Virus record (IMG/VR): IMGVR_UViG_3300028392_002123
Source: a virus
Lineage: Duplodnaviria; Caudoviricetes
Length of the DNA stretch: 64,000 bases
Strand: one strand, 5' to 3'
Below the pieces are notes generated by a model that did not search any database, was not told the origin of the DNA, and saw nothing but the letters and a program-made list of their open reading frames with translations. The position numbers and the translations under genes are program-made. Below are positions 37,948-44,030 of this stretch, one piece after another. Each line of letters starts with the position of its first letter. The first letter of the stretch is position 1.

Positions 37948-38151
37948 TTATTCTTTGATAATTTTTATCAATTTAATTAGATCCCTGCGAATAGCATATT
38001 CTGTAGAACCAACACGAATATGCAAACAACCCCGATTTTTTCTTAATACTGTTAACAGTCTATCGGGCACAATGCCCAAAGACTTTAGTCTTTCATGATC
38101 AACTGAAATGATTCGACATTGTTGATTTGGTTTTAAATCATCTATGTTCAT
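37948..38151 (-). CDS. feoA: FeoA-family SH3-like protein
   Basis: RLKSLGI, IRVGSTEYAIRR. Confidence 0.72.
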   Translation of the reverse strand: MNIDDLKPNQQCRIISVDHERLKSLGIVPDRLLTVLRKNRGCLHIRVGSTEYAIRRDLIKLIKIIKE

Positions 38152-38154
38152 ATA

Positions 38155-38231
38155 TGGCGCGGTGGACGGGACTCGAACCCGCGACCCTCGGCGTGACAGG
38201 CCGATACTCTAACCAACTGAGCTACCACCGC
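38155..38231 (-). tRNA. tRNA-Asp (GTC)
   Basis: Cloverleaf; TCGGC-CT GTC AC-GCCGA; CCA. Confidence 0.94.
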
Positions 38232-38859
38232 TAATCTTCTTAACTCTAACTAAATCCAGACTGGGATTACACACTGGAATTCTAGCGTATTTAATATAAA
38301 AATTCTTTAATAATTCTAACTCTATGTCCTTGCACAAACTAGGATGCATGGGCAAGTATGCTTGATAACATTTATCAATTAACTTAGCATCAAAGTTTTC
38401 TTTAAACGCAGTACCACAACCATAGGGACTAAGTCTATTATTTCTAATAGTTCCTTTAAAGTCTGTGCGTCTGCCTAACATACAATTACGTGTTACTGCT
38501 CTACTTTCACCAATGTAAATAACCTGTTCAGATAAAAAATCTGCAGGTCCCGGGGGAACAGTATCTTCAAATAGTCCATATATATAACAACCTGGATGTG
38601 CTTTGTCAAAGCCCCAGGTCCTGGACCAAGGTTCGTCTATGTGATGCCAAGCTGTAAAATTTTTAAAGTCTGGCCTTACAGTAGTTTTTAGTTGTGTGAC
38701 AAAATATTCAACGCCACTTAACTCAGCACACTTCCGTAGGCTATAAGCCAATTGTTCTATGTTAGAATCTTTGAATATATCATAGAGTTGGTCTTCGGTT
38801 AATCCGTGATTACCTGATCCCATTCTAATATTTTTAGCAAGTATCTGTGCGGCGTTCAT
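38209..38859 (-). CDS. GIY-YIG-like nuclease-fold protein
   Basis: GCYIYGL...VIYIGES...R...E motifs; 3' end overlaps tRNA-Asp. Confidence 0.45.
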   Translation of the reverse strand: MNAAQILAKNIRMGSGNHGLTEDQLYDIFKDSNIEQLAYSLRKCAELSGVEYFVTQLKTTVRPDFKNFTAWHHIDEPWSRTWGFDKAHPGCYIYGLFEDTVPPGPADFLSEQVIYIGESRAVTRNCMLGRRTDFKGTIRNNRLSPYGCGTAFKENFDAKLIDKCYQAYLPMHPSLCKDIELELLKNFYIKYARIPVCNPSLDLVRVKKISGGSSVG

Positions 38860-38868
38860 TGTTATAAT

Positions 38869-38946
38869 TGGAGCAACGGGTAGGATTTGAACCTACGGTT
38901 TTAGGGATTTGCAATCCCTTGCATTGGGCCACTCTGCCACCGTTGC
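38869..38946 (-). tRNA. tRNA-Cys (GCA)
   Basis: Cloverleaf; AGGGA-TT GCA AA-TCCCT; U73; CCA. Confidence 0.92.
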
Positions 38947-38951
38947 ATTGT

Positions 38952-39026
38952 TGGTACTCGATAGGGGAATCGAACCCCTCTTTCCGGCGTGAAAGGCCAG
39001 CGTCCTAACCGATAGACGAATCGAGC
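38952..39026 (-). tRNA. tRNA-Glu (TTC)
   Basis: Cloverleaf; CTGGC-CT TTC AC-GCCGG; CCA. Confidence 0.92.
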
Positions 39027-39043
39027 AATGATATTATTTTACA

Positions 39044-39694
39044 TTAAATGTTTGACTGTGTCAACTGATATTTTGCAATTAGATTATCAATTAATTCTTT
39101 TTTTGGTTCAGTGTGAAATTGATACCAGATGTGTAATCTTCTATGACCTTTGGGAACATGGATATCATGCTGTATCGCTGTTTGTATCAGCACCGGAGTA
39201 CTGGTAATAGGTTGATGTACAGTCAATGATTCTGTGTCGTTTCTAAATTTCCAAAGACATTCCGGAGTTGTTTCCACAGCAATGTGTACACGAAAGGGAG
39301 TGTGATTATCCACGTGCCAGTTAAGATTTACATTAGCATGATCTTTGTATAATAAACTTGATCTTGCTCTAGGCGGCCCTATTTCTAAGTATTCTGAAAA
39401 TAACTTTCCCAGCTGTTGAATATAAGATCCCTGCAATGATCTGGGCCAATGCACTAAATCTCTGTCATCTTCTCCTGTGGCCAGTATATGTCTACTATGA
39501 GGATTAAATTTACGTTGTCCACTGTATTTTGTAAAACTGAAATTGTCGTTGTTAAGATCTTCTAGTTGACAAGTTAGACCGCAGTCTATGCCAATCTGTG
39601 GTTTAACTATGTTATAAATCTCTTGTCGAACTTTATCAACATCAACATTAATATCTACTAAGGGGATATAAAATTGATCTAATAGTGTATGCAT
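39044..39694 (-). CDS. 2OG-Fe(II) oxygenase (Asp/Asn hydroxylase-like)
   Basis: WHVD, RVHIAVET, QHDI, RRLHIWY; TATAAATA-N5-ATG. Confidence 0.68.
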   Translation of the reverse strand: MHTLLDQFYIPLVDINVDVDKVRQEIYNIVKPQIGIDCGLTCQLEDLNNDNFSFTKYSGQRKFNPHSRHILATGEDDRDLVHWPRSLQGSYIQQLGKLFSEYLEIGPPRARSSLLYKDHANVNLNWHVDNHTPFRVHIAVETTPECLWKFRNDTESLTVHQPITSTPVLIQTAIQHDIHVPKGHRRLHIWYQFHTEPKKELIDNLIAKYQLTQSNI

Positions 39695-39707
39695 GGTGAT
39701 ATTTATA

Positions 39708-39782
39708 TGGCCGGTCCGGAGAGATTCGAACTCCCGACAGCTGGTTTCGAAGACCAGAACTCTTCCACTGAGCTACGGACCG
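39708..39782 (-). tRNA. tRNA-Arg (TCG)
   Basis: Cloverleaf; CTGGT-CT TCG AA-ACCAG; CCA. Confidence 0.92.
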
Positions 39783-39831
39783 TACGACTTATGTTGTATA
39801 TATCAATGACCAGTTATCTTTAAATAAGTGT

Positions 39832-40026
39832 ATGACTAGAACTCTTTCAATTTACGTTAATAATATATTTTGGAAAGCCATTACCATAGATGTTGCTCCA
39901 AATAATTCATACCCACTGGGCCCTATACTAGAAATGGTTAATACTGCACGAGCCAACGGCGTTTTCAATGATTACGAAGTTAGTCCGGATCATTTTAACA
40001 TACGTGTTGCGCTGTCGCATAATTAA
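39832..40026 (+). CDS. Small hypothetical protein
   Basis: TAAATA-N5-ATG. Confidence 0.55.
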   Translation: MTRTLSIYVNNIFWKAITIDVAPNNSYPLGPILEMVNTARANGVFNDYEVSPDHFNIRVALSHN

Positions 40027-40051
40027 TAAGATCTAACTGTTAAATACTTGT

Positions 40052-40771
40052 ATGTTAACAGATGTAATTTATACTCCAGTGGATCCACTGGAACCTATGC
40101 CAGAAGTTGATCCTAAAAAATTTCACCAATGGATCAAAGACAATTATCCTAAAACAGCAGTCTATAGGGACATAATAATTAATAAAGGACGAACTGCATC
40201 AGGCAGGGTAGAAAATTATCCATGGGATTTAACAGTGGGTTATATGGCCAGTATGGGGTGGGTGGGCACCTTTAAAAATGAATGGCCTGAGCTAGCAGAC
40301 TGGATTCCACGAGCATGGGGCATTGATATCACAGATATTGGTGTTATTATATTTTTACCTACAAGAGAACAACAATTAGGCACAGCATTTTGGCATAATG
40401 ATGCAGATCTGCATGGCCTTAGATTTTATATAGAATTTGAAGATCCAGAAAACAATACGTTGTTAATGAGAAGAACTAAAATCAAACACGAAGTTAAACC
40501 TATATATGATTATCCATTGGATACAGAAAAATATTTACAAAAAGAAATTTTAACTTGTAATATATCAAAAAGGAATCAGGTATTCTTTTTAAACAACACA
40601 TTGTCTGCTCATGCTGTACATACCAATGTACCAGGCAAGGTACGCATAGCATGTTTCATATCAATTAATACATCTAGGAATAAAAAAGTTTCTGACATTG
40701 TCTGTCCTATAATAGAACGTAGTGCAGAAAAGTATAAAGATTATTCTTTATATTGGAAACCAGAAGAGTAA
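40052..40771 (+). CDS. 2OG-Fe(II) oxygenase/cupin-like protein (paralogue of 13129)
   Basis: WHND...AHAV...RIAC; YPWDL and EDP.NNTL.MRR shared; TAAATA-N5-ATG. Confidence 0.65.
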   Translation: MLTDVIYTPVDPLEPMPEVDPKKFHQWIKDNYPKTAVYRDIIINKGRTASGRVENYPWDLTVGYMASMGWVGTFKNEWPELADWIPRAWGIDITDIGVIIFLPTREQQLGTAFWHNDADLHGLRFYIEFEDPENNTLLMRRTKIKHEVKPIYDYPLDTEKYLQKEILTCNISKRNQVFFLNNTLSAHAVHTNVPGKVRIACFISINTSRNKKVSDIVCPIIERSAEKYKDYSLYWKPEE

Positions 40772-40786
40772 GCCCCGAAGGGCTTA
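40769..40786. terminator. Hairpin between convergent genes
   Basis: TAAGCCC-CGAA-GGGCTTA. Confidence 0.55.
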
Positions 40787-41386
40787 CATGGTAGGTCCGT
40801 TGCCATTGCGAAAGCCTACACTTCCACCTTCTGCTTCAATACGTGCAATAACGTCTTCAAATAAGATAGGTGCAAAGTCAGTTTGCTCCACGCAGACACA
40901 GTGATAGCGCACATCGGGTTCGTCGCTGTATAAGATTTCTCCTGTACGTGCGTCAACACCACGAGCCTTCTTCACGCGATTGGCATGAGTGTGTCCGTGA
41001 ATGTTAACACCAAAGCGACCCATTGAGTCCGAGTGTAACGGAATATGGCTTAAGATCATTCCGTTCATAACATGGTATGCTCGTAATTCTCTAAAGTACT
41101 GCCTATACTCGTCATCACGGAAGATGTCGTGGTTACCGCGGATTAAGACCTTGTCGCCGTTTAAGCGACTCATGATGCTTAAAGCCTTGCGGTTAATAAC
41201 AACGTCACCTAAGTGGTAGACCTTATCAGTGGGCTTTACCCGTTCGTTCCACGCCTTAACCATAGCTTCGTCCATTTCCTCAGGACTATCCCATGGGCGT
41301 AACTTAGTAACACCATCGTTACGTGTGAAGCGGCAGACGCCGGTATGTCCGAAATGCGTGTCGCTAACTAAAAATACACTAGGCAT
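40784..41386 (-). CDS. Calcineurin-like metallophosphoesterase
   Basis: SDTHFGH, LGDV, GNHD, SHIP, HGHTH. Confidence 0.9.
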   Translation of the reverse strand: MPSVFLVSDTHFGHTGVCRFTRNDGVTKLRPWDSPEEMDEAMVKAWNERVKPTDKVYHLGDVVINRKALSIMSRLNGDKVLIRGNHDIFRDDEYRQYFRELRAYHVMNGMILSHIPLHSDSMGRFGVNIHGHTHANRVKKARGVDARTGEILYSDEPDVRYHCVCVEQTDFAPILFEDVIARIEAEGGSVGFRNGNGPTM

Positions 41387-41408
41387 CTTGCCCTCCTTTT
41401 AAAATTAT

Positions 41409-41437
41409 ATTATACACTATTATGACTTTGATGTCAA
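41409..41437 (-). promoter_or_regulatory. sigma70 promoter
   Basis: TTGACA-17-TATAAT. Confidence 0.75.
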
Positions 41438-41441
41438 TTAT

Positions 41442-41517
41442 TGGTACCAAGAGTCGGAATCGAACCGACCACACACGGATTTTCAATCCGTTGCTCTACC
41501 TACTGAGCTATCTTGGC
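41442..41517 (-). tRNA. tRNA-Phe (GAA)
   Basis: Cloverleaf; ACGGA-TT GAA AA-TCCGT; CCA. Confidence 0.94.
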
Positions 41518-41526
41518 ATTATTGAA

Positions 41527-41738
41527 TTTGTAAGTAGTTGCTCCATCGTTATAGCAACCATTCACCCATGTATATAAAGCCGGCTGGGACTCGGTACGTC
41601 ACTTGGGATACTAGTCCAGTTAGCAACCAATCTGCGGAGATCTTCCGATCTCCCGGGAGTTGAACCCGTCCCCTTTTACTATTTTGGTAGTTCGAACTTA
41701 CCTAGATAGCGTGACATTCTCTTGCTGACACTTACAAA
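41527..41738 (-). ncRNA. Candidate ~210-nt structured RNA between tRNA-Ser and tRNA-Phe
   Basis: TTTGTAAGT/ACTTACAAA closing stem; internal GGG-TTCAACT-CCC T-arm-like element; GGAGATC/GATCTCC hairpin. Confidence 0.55.
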
Positions 41739-41741
41739 ACT

Positions 41742-41831
41742 TGGCGGAAGCGGTGAGATTCGAACTCACGGCCCACTTTCGTGAACGACGGTTTTCAAGA
41801 CCGTTGCCATAGACCACTCGGCCACACTTCC
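41742..41831 (-). tRNA. tRNA-Ser (TGA)
   Basis: Class II cloverleaf; ACGGT-CT TGA AA-ACCGT; CCA. Confidence 0.93.
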
Positions 41832-41836
41832 TGATT

Positions 41837-41910
41837 TGGCGTCCCGCCAGGGACTCGAACCCCGACCAACGGTTTTGGAGACCGTTATGCTGCCATTACA
41901 CCAGCGAGAC
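41837..41910 (-). tRNA. tRNA-Trp (CCA)
   Basis: Cloverleaf; ACGGT-CT CCA AA-ACCGT; CCA. Confidence 0.92.
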
Positions 41911-41916
41911 ATTAAT

Positions 41917-42008
41917 TGGTACCCCCGGCGGGAATCGAACCCACATGAACCAATTATCTGTTGCTTACGGGATATAAATCCGCCGTTTTACCGTTAAACT
42001 ACAGGGGC
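41917..42008 (-). tRNA. Atypical tRNA, apparent anticodon TAT (Ile-like), long variable region
   Basis: Acceptor GCCCCTG/CGGGGGT, D arm GTTT/AAAC, T arm GTGGG-TTCGATT-CCCGC, CCA; irregular anticodon arm GCGGATTTATATCCCGT. Confidence 0.7.
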
Positions 42009-42013
42009 ATATT

Positions 42014-42090
42014 TGGTGCCGCAACCTGGACTCGAACCAGGGACCTTTCGCTTATCAAGCGAATGCTCTAACCAACTGAGCTATTGAGGC
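42014..42090 (-). tRNA. tRNA-Ile (GAT)
   Basis: Cloverleaf; TTCGC-TT GAT AA-GCGAA; CCA. Confidence 0.92.
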
Positions 42091-42099
42091 AATATAAAC

Positions 42100-42175
42100 T
42101 GGGGTGAAGGATGGGACTCGAACCCACAACAACTGGAATCACAATCCAGGGCTCTACCATTGAGCTACCGACACC
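42100..42175 (-). tRNA. tRNA-His (GTG)
   Basis: G-1/C73; CTGGA-TT GTG AT-TCCAG; two acceptor mismatches; CCA. Confidence 0.88.
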
Positions 42176-42192
42176 AAAAGATAAATAATTTT

Positions 42193-42768
42193 ATGTACTG
42201 TTTCCACTTAAACTTAGATCTAGCACCTTTTAAATTTAAATTTAACTATAAAGATTACTTGCCTCCATTTGGAAAAACAAGTAATGTAGTTAAATTTAAT
42301 CTCGTCGACATAAATCCAGAACTTGTAGAATTATTAGCCGAGCGCAATATAAAAATTGGCTGGGCTGAAATGTTTATTAAACATCCTCATATGACAGTAA
42401 ATGAACAAATACACATCGATGAATTTCGAGGAGACTTTGTTAAATTAAATTGGGTCTGGGGAGGAACCGGAAGCACTATGAGATGGTTCCGAGAACTTGA
42501 TCCTGCAAAAAAATTAACACCATCAAGCAATCAAATCAACAGTCCTTATCTAGGATTCAGTATCAATGATGTTGTTCTAGAACATGAAGAAGCACTTAGT
42601 GGACCGTGTATAATACAAGTTGGTGTTCCACATAATGTTGTCATGGGCACTGATATGAGATGGGCATTGAGTTTTGTATTATTGGATATCACTGGTAATA
42701 CCAGTGCTCGACGAAGATTATCAATGCCACAAGCTTTGGAAAACCTAAGCAATCTACGCAAAGCATAA
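42193..42768 (+). CDS. 2OG-Fe(II) oxygenase/cupin-like protein
   Basis: HID...PHNV...RWALSFVL; start trimmed to TAAATA-N5-ATG at 42193. Confidence 0.65.
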   Translation: MYCFHLNLDLAPFKFKFNYKDYLPPFGKTSNVVKFNLVDINPELVELLAERNIKIGWAEMFIKHPHMTVNEQIHIDEFRGDFVKLNWVWGGTGSTMRWFRELDPAKKLTPSSNQINSPYLGFSINDVVLEHEEALSGPCIIQVGVPHNVVMGTDMRWALSFVLLDITGNTSARRRLSMPQALENLSNLRKA

Positions 42769-42955
42769 ACTTCCGTATAATTAACGATATGCTTTTTCTT
42801 ATTAAGTAATTTAATAAGGAAAAACACTATGCGTAGAAAAAAATGGATTGACAGAGTATCAGATATCTATCAATCAACAAAGCGAATTAATAGAAGAAGA
42901 AACTAAAAGTATACGAGCTCAAGAAAGAAAATCTTTCCTAGCTAGAACGTTCAAA

Positions 42956-43030
42956 TGGTGGTGATAGTTGGATTTGAACCAACGACCGGCCGCGTATGAA
43001 GCGGATGCACTACCACTGTGCTATATCACC
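42956..43030 (-). tRNA. tRNA-Met (CAT), elongator-type (Ile2 not excluded)
   Basis: Cloverleaf; CCGC-TT CAT AC-GCGG; paired 1:72; CCA. Confidence 0.85.
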
Positions 43031-43034
43031 ATAA

Positions 43035-43183
43035 GGCGGGAGCCCAACTATCCGGGTGGCCCGGCCTTGCTGGATTGTCTCGAATAGTCAAGTCAACTAA
43101 ACTACAACCATACTATAGTGTCACCGCAGTTAACCCTACTGTGGCTAGGTTGGCAAGGACTCAAAACTATCGTCTATCCCAAA
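43035..43183 (-). ncRNA. Candidate ~150-nt structured RNA between tRNA-Arg and tRNA-Met
   Basis: CCTTGC/GCAAGG long-range helix; CCGGG/CCCGG hairpin; no credible ORF. Confidence 0.45.
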
Positions 43184-43185
43184 AC

Positions 43186-43263
43186 TGGCACCCATGGAAG
43201 GATTCGAACCTCCGACTCCCTGCTTCGTAGGCAAGTACTCTAGTCCAACTGAGTTACACGGGT
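43186..43263 (-). tRNA. tRNA-Arg (ACG)
   Basis: Cloverleaf; CTTGC-CT ACG AA-GCAGG; CCA. Confidence 0.92.
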
Positions 43264-43266
43264 ATA

Positions 43267-43342
43267 TGGTAGGACGTACTGGATTCGAACCAGTGACCAA
43301 TGGATTAAAAGTCCACTGCTCTACCAACTGAGCTAACGTCCC
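43267..43342 (-). tRNA. tRNA-Lys (TTT)
   Basis: Cloverleaf; GTGGA-CT TTT AA-TCCAT; CCA. Confidence 0.93.
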
Positions 43343-43347
43343 GTAAC

Positions 43348-43421
43348 TGGCACCCGGAGTAAGAATCGAACTTACAATAGCAGAGTCAAAGTCTGTTGTG
43401 TTACCACTACACTATCCGGGA
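43348..43421 (-). tRNA. tRNA-Gln (TTG)
   Basis: Cloverleaf; CAGA-CT TTG AC-TCTG; CCA. Confidence 0.9.
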
Positions 43422-43428
43422 ATTAATA

Positions 43429-43504
43429 TGGTACTCCGTGGGGGAATCGAACCCCTCGTTTGCGCCTTGAAAGGGCACCGTCCTAACCGTTAGACGAACG
43501 GAGC
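43429..43504 (-). tRNA. tRNA-Glu (TTC), second copy
   Basis: Cloverleaf; GTGCC-CT TTC AA-GGCGC; CCA. Confidence 0.9.
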
Positions 43505-43509
43505 AAAAT

Positions 43510-43595
43510 TGGTGGAGGCGGATGGATTCGAACCACCGCGCTTTTTACAGAACAGATTTACAGTCTGCCGCCTTCAGCCACTCGGCCACACCTCC
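43510..43595 (-). tRNA. tRNA-Tyr (GTA)
   Basis: Class II cloverleaf; GCAGA-CT GTA AA-TCTGT; CCA. Confidence 0.93.
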
Positions 43596-43597
43596 AT

Positions 43598-43790
43598 AAC
43601 ACACTCTTTCGAATGTGTGTATTAAAGCACACTAGCCGCTCTGTTTCTTCTGTATGCCTACAGATTGTATCCATTCGTCTAATATGCTTTAATACGCTGT
43701 AATTTTTCATCTCACAAAAGAGACTCTATCCTACAGGCCGCCCGTTTCCCCATGTTTTAAGTGCGGGGTGAGCCCTCGTTGCTCCACACT
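43598..43790 (-). ncRNA. Candidate structured RNA(s) between attenuator terminator and first tRNA
   Basis: 17-bp stem GTATTAAAGCATATTAG/CTAGTGTGCTTTAATAC with CTGTA/TACAG inner hairpin; CCCC/GGGG hairpin with possible pseudoknot. Confidence 0.5.
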
Positions 43791-43792
43791 AT

Positions 43793-43829
43793 AAAAACAA
43801 AAACCCTGGAGTTTTTAGTTCCAGGGTCC
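43793..43829 (-). terminator. Intrinsic terminator of tRNA-array leader (attenuator)
   Basis: ACCCTGGA-ACTAAAAAC-TCCAGGGT followed by TTTTGTTTTT. Confidence 0.85.
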
Positions 43830-43860
43830 TTGAAGTTTTGAAATGTATTAAGTTGTTTAC

Positions 43861-43971
43861 TTAACCATCCCATCCCTCCCGGACCCTGATATTAATCTCG
43901 CGGTCAAAGCAAAGCATTGACCAATATATGGAATGCTGTGAGCTAAGATTAAAAAGTTTGTTGTTCATCAT
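43861..43971 (-). CDS. Putative 36-aa leader peptide MMNNKLFNLSSQHSIYWSMLCFDREINIRVREGWDG
   Basis: Manual translation; ATG 7 nt after the -10 box; contains the antiterminator arm CAGGGTCC. Confidence 0.65.
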   Translation of the reverse strand: MMNNKLFNLSSQHSIYWSMLCFDREINIRVREGWDG

Positions 43972-43978
43972 AGTGTGT

Positions 43979-44007
43979 ATTATACAGTTATTTATCTTTT
44001 ATGTCAA
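43979..44007 (-). promoter_or_regulatory. Consensus sigma70 promoter of main tRNA array
   Basis: TTGACA-17-TATAAT. Confidence 0.85.
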
Positions 44008-44030
44008 TTAAATCTTTAATTTTGGTAAAA

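Noticed and set aside
42160-42192. N-terminal extension of the 42160 ORF
   Set aside because: It overlaps tRNA-His; the start at 42193 follows TAAATA-N5.
42829-42906. 25-aa basic micro-ORF MRRKKWIDRVSDIYQSTKRINRRRN
   Set aside because: An SD is present but there is no other support; it may be spurious or a remnant in AT-rich spacer DNA.
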